Source: Haplodiscus bocki (taxonomy: Eukaryota). From it: 64,000 bases of DNA. The notes below the pieces were generated by a model that did no database searches, was not told the origin of the DNA, and saw only the letters and a program-made list of their open reading frames with translations. Positions 26,601 to 39,575 of the stretch are shown here, one piece after another. Position 1 is the first letter of the stretch, and each line of letters begins with the position of its first letter. A program made the translations under genes and the position numbers. The stretch covers positions 31,124,001 through 31,188,000 of the forward strand of contig OZ296651.1 of assembly GCA_965655095.1 (NCBI GenBank), in the 5' to 3' direction.

Positions 26601-29600
26601 TACGTGATGTTCCGTTCCGAAAGACGATGTTCCGGCACTCTTCCTAGCAATGAGTGGAACCCTGTGGCTCGAGAAATCACTGATTAACTCCTTTTCGATT
26701 CTATTATTCGGCAAGTTTTGTCTTTGTGGAGGTCTTTGCTCTATTGAGCTTCTTTTCATTGAGCTATTTGATCTTCCTTGACTTTTTGATGTTCCGCTTA
26801 GGAGAAAATTGCTCAGAGACTCCTCCCAGTAGTGGTTGAAACCTGGTACGTGGGTCAGTCAATGGATATTTCAGTTCTGATCGTTTTAATTTGACAAGTT
26901 TTGTCTGTGTTACCGTCTTTGTTCGAATCAGCATTTGATTTTTCCACTCATTCGATCTTGCTTGTCTTTGTGATGTTCCGTTCAGAAAGGCGATGTTCCG
27001 TTCAGAAAGACGATGTTCCGGGGCTCTTCGCAGCAATGACTGAAGCCCAGTGGCTCGAGCAGTCAGTGATTAACTCCTTTTCGACTCTTTTGATTGGCAA
27101 GTTTTGTCTTTGTGACAGTCTTGATTTGAATGAGCTTTTGGTTTTTCGAGCCATTTGTTCCTGCTTGCTTACGTGATGTTCCGTTTGGAGAGAGGCGTTT
27201 CCGGGGTTCCTATTAGTAATGGGTGATCCCTGGTGTTTTGATTCAATTTCTTATGTTTTTTCTGTGACTGTCTTTGTTTGAAAAAGCTTTTTTCGGCCTT
27301 CTCGTTCTGCGTGGATTCGTCATGTTCCGTTCACGAACATGCTGTTCCGAGGCTCCTCCCAGCAATAAGTGGACCCTGGTACTTTGATGAGTCAAGGATT
27401 AACTCCGTTCTCAATCTTTTCTTTGGAAAGTTTTTATGTGTCGGTCTTAGCTCTAATGAGCTTTGTTTTTTCTTGAGCCACTTGATCTTCCTTGATTTTT
27501 TGATGTTCCTTTTAGGAAAGGTTGTTTCGAGACTTCTGCCAGCAGTGCGTGAAGCCTGGTACCTGGATCAGTCAGTGAATAACTCTGCTGATTCGTTTCT
27601 GTTGCCAAGTTTTGTCTGTGTGACCGTCTTTTTTGGAATTAGCCTTTGATTTTTCACTCATTTGATATTGGTTGCTTACGTGATGTTCCGCTTAGAAAGA
27701 GGATGTTCCCATTTTCTTCCAAGCAATATGTGAACCCTGGTTCTTCGAGCAGTCAGTGATAAACTCCTTTTCGATTCTTTTGTTTGGCAAGTTTTTATGT
27801 GGGGGTCTTTGCTCTAATGAGCTTTGTTTTTTCTTGAGCCATTTGATCTTCCTTGACTCTTCGATGTTCCCTTATGGAAAAGGTTTTACCGAGACTTCTG
27901 CCACCCATGCTTGAAGCGTTGTACCTGGATCAGTCAATGGTTAGCTCCGTTTTCATTTTTTTAATGTTCCCTTCAGCAAGAGGCCGTTCCGAGGCTCCTC
28001 CCAGCAATGGGTGAACCCTGGTGGACCTATCAGTCGGGATTAACTCCGTTCTGAATCTTTCATTTGGCAAGTTTTCTCTTTATGTGGAGCCCTTTGCTCT
28101 ATTGAGCTTTGTTTTTTCTTGAGCCATTTGATCTTCCTTGACTATTTGATGTTCCGTTTAGGAAAAAGTTGTTCTGAGACTCCTGTCTTTTTTGCTTGAA
28201 GCCTTGTACCTCCATCAGTAGATGATTACTTCCGTTCCGATTCTTTCAATTTCACAAGTTTTTTCTGTGTGACCGTCTTTGTTTGAATTATCTTTTGGTT
28301 TTGCCACTCATTAGATTTTGCTTGCTTACGTGATTTTCTGTTTAGAAAGAGGCACTTCCGGGGCTCTTCCTAGTAATGGGTGATCCCTGGTGTTTTGATT
28401 CAATTTTTCATGTTTTTTCTGTGACTGTCTTTGATTGAAAGGTTGTTTTTCGGCCCTCGCGTTCTGTGTTGATTCGTGATGTTCCGTTCAGGAAGAGGCT
28501 GTTTCGAGGCTCCTCCCAGCAATGCGTGAAACCTAGTGGATCGAGCAGTCAATGATTAACGCCGTTCTGATTCTTTTGAAAGATTTTGTCTATATGACCG
28601 TTTTTAGAATGAGCTTTTGATTTTTCGACGAATGTGTTTTTGCTTGCTTGCGTTATAATCCGTTTGGAAAAAGGCTCTTCCAAGAATCATGTTAGTATTG
28701 GTTAATTGCTGGTGTTTTGATTCAGTTTCGCATGTTTTTTTTTCTGTGACTGTCTTTGATGGAAAGGTTGTTTTTCGGCCCTCTCATTCTGCGTTGATTC
28801 GTGATGTTCCGTTCAGGAAGAGGCAGTTCCGAGGCTCCTCCTAGCAATGAGTGGACCCTGGTACTTTGATCAGTCAAGGAATAACTCCGTTCTGAATCTT
28901 TTTTCGGCAAGTTTTCTCTTCAAGTGGCGGTCGTCGCTCTGATGAGCTTAGTTTTTTTTGACCCTTTTGACATTCCTTGACTATTTGATGTTTTGGAAAA
29001 AGATGTTCTGAGACTCCTGCCATTATTGCTTGAAGGCTTGTACCTCGATCAGTCGATGATTTATTCCCTTCCGATTCTTTTAATTTCTCAAGTTTTTTCT
29101 GTGTGACTGTCTTTGTTTGAATTATCTTTTGGTTTTTCCACTCATTTGATCCTGCTTGCTTACGTGATGTTCCGTTTAGAAAGAGGCTGTTCCCAGCTTA
29201 TCCCAAGCATTGGGTGAACCCTGGTACTTCGAGTAATCAATGACTAACTCCGCTTTTTTCTTTTGTCTTGACTTTGACCAATTTTTTCTGTTACGATCTT
29301 CATTTGAATTAGCTTTTTTTCGACCCATTCGATCTTGCTTGTTTCTGTGATGCTCCGTTCAGAAAGAGGCTGTCCCTAGGTTCCTCCCAGTAGTGGGTGA
29401 ACCCCGGTGGCTTGAGCAGTCAATGGTTAATAACGCCGTTCTGATTTTTCTGAATTGTTTTGTCTGTGTCACTCTCATTATTTGAATGTGCTTTTTGTTT
29501 CTCCTCCCATTCGGCTTTGTCTGCTTACGTGAGGTGCCATTTGGAAAGAGGCTCTTCCGAGGCTCCTCCCATTAATGGGTAATCCCTGGTGCTTTGATTC

Positions 29601-31700
29601 GATTTCACATGTTTTGTCTGTGACGGTCTTTGTTTGAAAGAGCATGTTTTCCGGCCCTTTTGTTTTCGCGTGCATTCGTGATGTGCCGATCAGGAAGGGG
29701 ATTTTTCGATGCTCTTGCCAGCAATGGTGCATTATGGTGCTTTTATCAGTCAATGATTAACTCCGTTCTGAATCTTTTATTCGGCAAAATTTCTGTGGCG
29801 GTGTCTTTGCAGTAATGAGCTTTGTTTTTTCTCAAGCCGTTTGATGTTCCTTGATTATTTGGTGTTCCGTTAAAGAAAAAGTAGTGCTGAGACTACTGCC
29901 ATTATTGCTTGAAGCCTTGTACTTCGATCAGTCGTCGATTAATTCCGTTCCGATTGTGTTAATTTCACGATTTTTTTCTGTGTGAATGTCTTTGTTTGAA
30001 TTATCTTTTGGTTTTCCCGCTCATTTGATCTTGCTTATTTAGGTGATGTTCTGTTTTGAAAGAGGCTGTACCGAGACTCGTCCCAGCAATGGGTTAAGAG
30101 TGGTGGCTCGAGCAGTCAATGATTAGCTCCGTTCTGAGTCTTTGATTTTGCCTTGGACTTTTTTCGTTTAAAACGGTCTTTATTTGAATGAGCCTATTTT
30201 TCGACCCATTTGATCTTGGGAGCTTAGTGATGCTCCTTTTGGAAGAGGCCCCTCCAAATATTTGTTGATATTTGTTCTTTTATTTAATGTCACAAGTTTT
30301 GTGGGCGACGATCTTTGTTCCAAAGCTTGTTTTTCGACCCACTTGCTCTTGCTTGCGTACGTGATGTTCCGTTTAGAAAGGTTGTTCCGAGGCTCCTCCC
30401 GGTAATGGGTGAACCCTGGTCCATCGAGCAGTCAATGATTAGCTCCGTTCTGAAACTTTGAGTTTGCCGTAAACTTATTTCGTCTGTGACGGTCTTCATT
30501 TGAATGCGCCTTCTTTCGATTAACGCTGTTCTGATTCTTTTAATTTGAAGGGTTTTTTCTACGTGGACGTGTTTGTTTGAATTATCTTCCGGTTTTTCCA
30601 CTCCTTTGTTCTTGCTTGCTTACTTGATGTTCCCTTTAGAAAGAGGCTGTTCCCAGGTTCTTCTAAGCAAAAGGGGAACCTGCTGCTTCGAGCAGTCAAT
30701 GGTTAACTCCACTTTTTTTTTCATTCTCACTTTGACCAGTCTTTTGTGTGACGGTTTTCATTTGAAATAGTTTTTTTCCGACCCATTCGATCTTGCTTGC
30801 GTGATTTTCCGCCTAGAAAAAGGTTCTTTCGAGGCTCCTACTAGAGTTGGATAATCCCTGGTGTTTTGATTCAATTTCACTAGTTTTCTGTGTGACGTTC
30901 TTTGTTTGAAAGAGCTTGTTTTTGGTCCCTTCTGATTTTGCATGTATTCTTGAAGTTCCGTTCAGGAAGAGGCTGTTCTGAGGCTCCTCCCAATGTTGGG
31001 TGAACACCGGTTGCTCGAGCAGTCAATGATTAACGCCGTTCTGATTCTTTTGAATTGTTTTGTCTGTGTCACTGTCTTTATTTGAAGGAGCTTGTTTTTT
31101 TCGGCCCTTTTGTTTTTTGCTTACTTACGTGATGTTCCGTTTGGAAAGAGGCTATTCGGAGGCTCCTCCTAATAATGGGTAATCCCTGGTGCTGTGATTC
31201 GATTTCACAAGTTTTGTCTTTTACGGTCTTTGTTTGAAAGAGTTTGTTTTTCGCCCCCCCTGTTTTTGCGTTGATTCGTGATGTGCCGTTCAGGAAGAGG
31301 CTGTTCTGATGCCTTTCCCACCAATGGGCAACCCTGATGTTTTGATAGTCTATGATTAACTCCGCTCTGAATCTTTTCTTCGACAAGTTTTCTCTTTATG
31401 TGGCGGTCGTCGCTCTAATTAGCTTAGTTTTTTTGACCCATTTGATCTTCCTTGACTTTTGGATGTTCCGTTTAGGAAAAGGTTGTTTCGAGACTCCTGT
31501 TCGAAGTGCTTGAAGTCTGGTACCTGGATCAGTCAGTGAATAACTTTGCTGATTCGTTTCTGTTGACAAGTTTTGTCTGTGTGACCGTCTTTATTCTATT
31601 TAACTTTTGATTTTTGCACTCATTTGATCTTGCTGGCTTACGTGATGTTCCGTTTAGAAAGACGCTGTTCCCAGGTTCTTCCAAGAAATGGCTGAAACCT
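26600..31700. repeat. Divergent monomeric transition zone of the satellite
   Basis: Monomers are still recognisable (GATGTTCCG, GAACCCTGGT, CAGTCAATGATTAAC), but each differs from its neighbours with many private indels, and I saw no near-identical tandem higher-order copy. Confidence 0.8.
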
Positions 31701-31705
31701 GGTGC

Positions 31706-34700
31706 TTCGAGTAGTCAATGATTAACTCCGCTTTTTTGTTTTGACTCTGACCAGTTTTTTGTGTGACGGTGTTCATTTGACTTAGCTTTTTTCCGACTCA
31801 TTCGATCTTGCTTGCTTACGTGATTTTCTGCTTAGAAAGAAGCTCTTCCGAGGCTCCTACTAGTGTTGAATAATCCTTGGTATTTTGATTCCTTTTCTGT
31901 GTGACATTCTTTGTTTGAAAGAGCTTGTTTTTGGGCCCTTTTGATTTTGCATGTACTCGTGATGTTCCGTTCAGGAAGAGGCTGTTCTGATGCCTTTCCC
32001 AGCAATGGGCAACCCTGGTGTTTTGATCAGTCAATGATCGACTCCGTTCTGAATCTTTTATTCGGCAAGTTTTCATTTTGTGTGGCGGTATTTGCTCTAA
32101 TGAGCTTTCTTTTTTGTCAAGCCATTTGATTTTCCTTGTTTATTTGATGTTCCTTTTTAGAAAAAGTTGTTCTGAGACTACTGCCATTATCGCTTGAAGC
32201 CTTGTGACTCGATCAGTCGATGATTAATTCCGTTCCGATTCTCTTGATTACTCAAGTTTTTTCTGTGTGACTCTTTGTTTGAATTATCTTTTGGTTTTTC
32301 CTGTCATTTGATCTTGCTTGCTTACGTGATGTTCCGCTTAGAAAGAGGCTGTTCCCAGCTTCTCCCAAGCATTGGGTGAACCCTGGTGCTTCGAGTAGTC
32401 AATGATCGACTCCGTTCTGAATCTTTTATTCGGCAAGTTTTTATTTTGTGTGGCCGTCTTTGCTCTGATGAGCTTTCTTTTTTCTCAATTCATTTGATGT
32501 TCCTTGACTATTTGATGTTCCTTTTTAGAAAAAGTTGTTCTGAGACTACTGCCATTATTGCTTGAAGCCTTGTGATTTGATCAGTCGATGATTAATTCCG
32601 TTCCGATTCTCTTAATTACTCAAGTTTTTTCTGTGTGACTGTCTTTGTTTGAATTATCTTTTGGTTTTTCCTGTCATTTGATCTTGCTTGCTTACGTGAT
32701 GTTCCGCTTAGAAAGAGGCTGTTCCCAGCTTCTTCCAAGCATTGGGTGAACCCTGGTGCTTCGAGTAGTCAATGATCGACTCCGTTCTGAAACTTTTATT
32801 CGGCAAGTTTTTATTTTGTGTGGCGGTCTTTGCTCTGATGAGCTTTCTTTTTTCTCAATCCATTTGATGTTCCTTGACTATTTGATGTTCCTTTTTAGAA
32901 AAAGTTGTTCTGAGACTACTGCCATTTTTGCTTGAAGCCTTGTGACTCGGTCAGTCGATGATTAATTCCGTTCCGATTCTCTTAATTACTCAAGTTTTTT
33001 CTGTGTGACTGTCTTTGTTTGAATTATCTTTTGGTTTTTCCTGTCATTTGATCTTGCTTGCTTACGTGATGTTCCGCTTAGAAAGAGGCTGTTCCCAGCT
33101 TCTTGCAAGCATTGGGTGGACCCTGGTGCTTCGAGTAGTCATTGATCGACTCCGTTCCGAATCTTTTATTCGGCAAGTTTTTATTTTGTGTGGCATTCTT
33201 TGCTCTGATGAGCTTTCTTTTTTCTCAATCCATTTGATGTTCCTTGACTATTTGATGTTCCGTTTTGGAAAAAGTTGTTCGCAGACTCCTGCCATTATTG
33301 CTTGAAGCCTTGTGACTCGATCAGTCGATGATTTATTCCCTTCCGATTCTTTCAATTACTCAAGTTTTTTCTGTGTGACTCTTTGTTTGAATTATCTTTT
33401 GGTTTTTCCTGTCATTTGATCTTGCTTGCTTACGTGATGTTCCGCTTAGAAAGAGGCTGTCCCCAGCTTCTTCCAAGCATTGGGTGAACCCTGGTGCTTC
33501 GAGTAGTCAATGATCGACTCCGTTCTGAATCTTTTATTCGGCAAGTTTTTATTTTGTTTGGCGGTCTTTGCTCTGATGAGCTTTCTTTTTTCTCAATCCA
33601 TTTGATGTTCCTTGACTATTTGATGTTCCTTTTTAGAAAAAGTTGTTCTGAGACTACTGCCACTATTGCTTGCAGGCTTGTGACTCGATCAGTCGATGAT
33701 TAATTCCTTTCCGATTCTCTTGATTACTCAAGTTTTTTCTGTGTGACTCTTTGTTTGAATTATCTTTTGGTTTTTCCACTTATTTGATCTTGCTTGCTTA
33801 CGTGATGTTCCGTTTAGAAAGAGGCTGTTCCCAGCTTCTTCCACGCATTGGGTGAACCCTGGTACTTCGAGTAGTCAATAATTAACTCCGCTTTTTTTGT
33901 TTTGACTCTGACCAGTTTTTTTTGTGTCGGTCTTCATTTGAATTAGTTTTTTTCCGACCCATTCGATCTTGCTTGTTTATCTGATGCTCCGTTCAAAAAG
34001 AGACTGTTCCTAGGCTCCTCCCACTAATGGGTGAACCCCGGTGGCTCGAGCAGTCAATGATTAACGCCGTTCTGATTCTTTTGAATTGTTTTGTCTGTGT
34101 CACTGTCATTATTTGAATGTGCTTTTGGTTTCTCCTCCCATTCGGCTTTGTCTGCTTACGTGAGGTGCCATTTGGAAAGAGGCTCTTCCGAGGCTCCTCC
34201 CATTAATGGGTAATCCCTGGTGCTTTGATTCGATTTCACATGTTTTGTCTGTGACGGTCTTTGTTTGAAAGAGCTTGTTTTTGGGCCCTTTTGTTTTTGC
34301 ATGCATTCGTGATGTTCCCTTCAGGAAGATGCTGTTTTGGGGCTTCTTCAAGTAGTGGGTGAACCCTGGTGCTTCGACCAGTTAATGATCGACTCTGTTC
34401 TGAATCTTTTGTTCGGCAAGTTTTTATTTTGTGTGGCGGTCTTTGCTCTGATGAGCTTTCTTTTTTCTCAATCCATTTGATGTTCCTTGACTATTTGATG
34501 TTCCTTTTTAGGAAAAGTTGTTCTGAGACTACTGCCATTATTGCTTGCAGCCTTGTGACTCGATCAGTTGATGATTAATTCCGTTCCGATTCTCTTAATT
34601 ACTCAAGTTTTTTCTGTGTGACTGTCTTTTTTTGAATTATCTTTTGGTTTTTCCTGTCATTTGATCTTGCTTGCTTACGTGATGTTCCGCTTAGAAAGAG

Positions 34701-37700
34701 GCTGTTCCCAGCTTCTTCCAAGCATTGGGTGAACCCTGGTGCTTCGAGTAGTCAATGATCGTTTCCGTTCTGAATCTTATATTCGGCAAGTTTTTATTTT
34801 GTGTGGCGGTCTTTGCTCTGATGAGCTTTCTTTTTTCTCAATCCATTTGATGTTCCTTGACTATTTGATGTTCCTTTTTAGAAAAAGTTGTTCTGAGACT
34901 ACTGCCATTGTTGCTTGCAGCCTTGTGACTCGATCAGTCGATGATTAATTCCGTTGCGATTCTCTTGATTACTCAAGTTTTTTCTGTGTGACTCTTTGTT
35001 TGAATTATCTTTTGGTTTTTCCTGTCATTCGATCTTGCTTGTTTATGTGATGCTCTGTTCAAAAAGAGGCTGTTCCTAGGCTCCTCCTAGTGATAGGTGA
35101 ACCCCGGTGGCTCGAGCAGTCAATGAATAACGCCGTTCTTATTCTTTTGATATGTTTTGTCCTTGTCACCGTCATTATTTGAATGTGCTTTTGGTTTCTC
35201 CTCCCATTCGGCTTTGTCTGCTTACGTGAGGTGCCATTTGGAAAGAGTCTCTTCCGAGGCTCCTCCCAATAATGGGTAATCCCTGGTGCTTTGATTCGAT
35301 TCCACATGTTTTGTCTGTGACGGTCTTTGATTGAAAGAGCTTGTTTTTGGGCCCTTTTGTTTTTGCATGCATTCGTGATGTTCCCTTCAGGAAGATGCTG
35401 TTTTGGGGCTCCTTCAAGTAGTGGGTGAACCCTGGTGCTTCGACCAGTTAATGATCGACTCTGTTCTGAATCTTTTATTCGGCAAGTTTTTATTTTGTGT
35501 GGCGGTCTTTGCTCTGATGAGCTTTCTTTTTTCTCAATCCATTTGATGTTCCTTGACTATTTGATGTTCCTTTTTAGAAAAAGTTGTTCTGAGACTACTG
35601 CCATTGTTGCTTGCAGCCTTGTGACTCGATCAGTCGATGATTAATTCCGTTCCGATTCTCTTGATTACTCAAGTTTTTTCTGTGTGACTCTTTGTTTGAA
35701 TTATCTTTTGGTTTTTCCTGTCATTTGATCTTGCTTGCTTACGTGATGTTCCGTTCAGAAAGAGGCTGTTTCCAGCTTCTTCCAAGCATTGGGTTAACCC
35801 TGGTACTTCGAGTAGTCAATGATTAACTCCGCTTTTTTGTTTTGACTCTGACCAGTTTTTTGTGTGACGGTGTTCATTTGACTTAGCTTTTTTCCGACTC
35901 ATTCGATCTTGCTTGCTTACGTGATTTTCTGCTTAGAAAGAAGCTCTTCCGAGGCTCCTACTAGTGTTGAATAATCCTTGGTATTTTGATTCCTTTTCTG
36001 TGTGACATTCTTTGTTTGAAAGAGCTTGTTTTTGGGCCCTTTTGATTTTGCATGTACTCGTGATGTTCCGTTCAGGAAGAGGCTGTTCTGATGCCTTTCC
36101 CAGCAATGGGCAACCCTGGTGTTTTGATCAGTCAATGATCGACTCCGTTCTGAATCTTTTATTCGGCAAGTTTTCATTTTGTGTGGCGGTATTTGCTCTA
36201 ATGAGCTTTCTTTTTTGTCAAGCCATTTGATTTTCCTTGTTTATTTGATGTTCCTTTTTAGAAAAAGTTGTTCTGAGACTACTGCCATTATCGCTTGAAG
36301 CCTTGTGACTCGATCAGTCGATGATTAATTCCGTTCCGATTCTCTTGATTACTCAAGTTTTTTCTGTGTGACTCTTTGTTTGAATTATCTTTTGGTTTTT
36401 CCTGTCATTTGATCTTGCTTGCTTACGTGATGTTCCGCTTAGAAAGAGGCTGTTCCCAGCTTCTCCCAAGCATTGGGTGAACCCTGGTGCTTCGAGTAGT
36501 CAATGATCGACTCCGTTCTGAATCTTTTATTCGGCAAGTTTTTATTTTGTGTGGCCGTCTTTGCTCTGATGAGCTTTCTTTTTTCTCAATTCATTTGATG
36601 TTCCTTGACTATTTGATGTTCCTTTTTAGAAAAAGTTGTTCTGAGACTACTGCCATTATTGCTTGAAGCCTTGTGATTTGATCAGTCGATGATTAATTCC
36701 GTTCCGATTCTCTTAATTACTCAAGTTTTTTCTGTGTGACTGTCTTTGTTTGAATTATCTTTTGGTTTTTCCTGTCATTTGATCTTGCTTGCTTACGTGA
36801 TGTTCCGCTTAGAAAGAGGCTGTTCCCAGCTTCTTCCAAGCATTGGGTGAACCCTGGTGCTTCGAGTAGTCAATGATCGACTCCGTTCTGAAACTTTTAT
36901 TCGGCAAGTTTTTATTTTGTGTGGCGGTCTTTGCTCTGATGAGCTTTCTTTTTTCTCAATCCATTTGATGTTCCTTGACTATTTGATGTTCCTTTTTAGA
37001 AAAAGTTGTTCTGAGACTACTGCCATTTTTGCTTGAAGCCTTGTGACTCGGTCAGTCGATGATTAATTCCGTTCCGATTCTCTTAATTACTCAAGTTTTT
37101 TCTGTGTGACTGTCTTTGTTTGAATTATCTTTTGGTTTTTCCTGTCATTTGATCTTGCTTGCTTACGTGATGTTCCGCTTAGAAAGAGGCTGTTCCCAGC
37201 TTCTTGCAAGCATTGGGTGGACCCTGGTGCTTCGAGTAGTCATTGATCGACTCCGTTCCGAATCTTTTATTCGGCAAGTTTTTATTTTGTGTGGCATTCT
37301 TTGCTCTGATGAGCTTTCTTTTTTCTCAATCCATTTGATGTTCCTTGACTATTTGATGTTCCGTTTTGGAAAAAGTTGTTCGCAGACTCCTGCCATTATT
37401 GCTTGAAGCCTTGTGACTCGATCAGTCGATGATTTATTCCCTTCCGATTCTTTCAATTACTCAAGTTTTTTCTGTGTGACTCTTTGTTTGAATTATCTTT
37501 TGGTTTTTCCTGTCATTTGATCTTGCTTGCTTACGTGATGTTCCGCTTAGAAAGAGGCTGTCCCCAGCTTCTTCCAAGCATTGGGTGAACCCTGGTGCTT
37601 CGAGTAGTCAATGATCGACTCCGTTCTGAATCTTTTATTCGGCAAGTTTTTATTTTGTTTGGCGGTCTTTGCTCTGATGAGCTTTCTTTTTTCTCAATCC

Positions 37701-39575
37701 ATTTGATGTTCCTTGACTATTTGATGTTCCTTTTTAGAAAAAGTTGTTCTGAGACTACTGCCACTATTGCTTGCAGGCTTGTGACTCGATCAGTCGATGA
37801 TTAATTCCTTTCCGATTCTCTTGATTACTCAAGTTTTTTCTGTGTGACTCTTTGTTTGAATTATCTTTTGGTTTTTCCACTTATTTGATCTTGCTTGCTT
37901 ACGTGATGTTCCGTTTAGAAAGAGGCTGTTCCCAGCTTCTTCCACGCATTGGGTGAACCCTGGTACTTCGAGTAGTCAATAATTAACTCCGCTTTTTTTG
38001 TTTTGACTCTGACCAGTTTTTTTTGTGTCGGTCTTCATTTGAATTAGTTTTTTTCCGACCCATTCGATCTTGCTTGTTTATCTGATGCTCCGTTCAAAAA
38101 GAGACTGTTCCTAGGCTCCTCCCACTAATGGGTGAACCCCGGTGGCTCGAGCAGTCAATGATTAACGCCGTTCTGATTCTTTTGAATTGTTTTGTCTGTG
38201 TCACTGTCATTATTTGAATGTGCTTTTGGTTTCTCCTCCCATTCGGCTTTGTCTGCTTACGTGAGGTGCCATTTGGAAAGAGGCTCTTCCGAGGCTCCTC
38301 CCATTAATGGGTAATCCCTGGTGCTTTGATTCGATTTCACATGTTTTGTCTGTGACGGTCTTTGTTTGAAAGAGCTTGTTTTTGGGCCCTTTTGTTTTTG
38401 CATGCATTCGTGATGTTCCCTTCAGGAAGATGCTGTTTTGGGGCTTCTTCAAGTAGTGGGTGAACCCTGGTGCTTCGACCAGTTAATGATCGACTCTGTT
38501 CTGAATCTTTTGTTCGGCAAGTTTTTATTTTGTGTGGCGGTCTTTGCTCTGATGAGCTTTCTTTTTTCTCAATCCATTTGATGTTCCTTGACTATTTGAT
38601 GTTCCTTTTTAGGAAAAGTTGTTCTGAGACTACTGCCATTATTGCTTGCAGCCTTGTGACTCGATCAGTTGATGATTAATTCCGTTCCGATTCTCTTAAT
38701 TACTCAAGTTTTTTCTGTGTGACTGTCTTTTTTTGAATTATCTTTTGGTTTTTCCTGTCATTTGATCTTGCTTGCTTACGTGATGTTCCGCTTAGAAAGA
38801 GGCTGTTCCCAGCTTCTTCCAAGCATTGGGTGAACCCTGGTGCTTCGAGTAGTCAATGATCGTTTCCGTTCTGAATCTTATATTCGGCAAGTTTTTATTT
38901 TGTGTGGCGGTCTTTGCTCTGATGAGCTTTCTTTTTTCTCAATCCATTTGATGTTCCTTGACTATTTGATGTTCCTTTTTAGAAAAAGTTGTTCTGAGAC
39001 TACTGCCATTGTTGCTTGCAGCCTTGTGACTCGATCAGTCGATGATTAATTCCGTTGCGATTCTCTTGATTACTCAAGTTTTTTCTGTGTGACTCTTTGT
39101 TTGAATTATCTTTTGGTTTTTCCTGTCATTCGATCTTGCTTGTTTATGTGATGCTCTGTTCAAAAAGAGGCTGTTCCTAGGCTCCTCCTAGTGATAGGTG
39201 AACCCCGGTGGCTCGAGCAGTCAATGAATAACGCCGTTCTTATTCTTTTGATATGTTTTGTCCTTGTCACCGTCATTATTTGAATGTGCTTTTGGTTTCT
39301 CCTCCCATTCGGCTTTGTCTGCTTACGTGAGGTGCCATTTGGAAAGAGTCTCTTCCGAGGCTCCTCCCAATAATGGGTAATCCCTGGTGCTTTGATTCGA
39401 TTCCACATGTTTTGTCTGTGACGGTCTTTGATTGAAAGAGCTTGTTTTTGGGCCCTTTTGTTTTTGCATGCATTCGTGATGTTCCCTTCAGGAAGATGCT
39501 GTTTTGGGGCTCCTTCAAGTAGTGGGTGAACCCTGGTGCTTCGACCAGTTAATGATCGACTCTGTTCTGAATCTT
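31706..39575. repeat. Near-identical tandem duplication, period 4101 bp
   Basis: A run of ORF-track entries recurs with identical translation at +4101 (31816/35917, 33015/37116, 34109/38210, 34739/38840, 35175/39276). Confidence 0.88.

Noticed and set aside
32461-32500. Hammerhead ribozyme (CTGATGAG in B monomers; GTC-ACA-GAC-GAAAC-TT-GTC on the minus strand of A monomers)
   Set aside because: The plus-strand CTGATGAG...CTC is not followed by GAAA, and the minus-strand GAAAC half has no CTGANGA upstream. The two halves never occur together.
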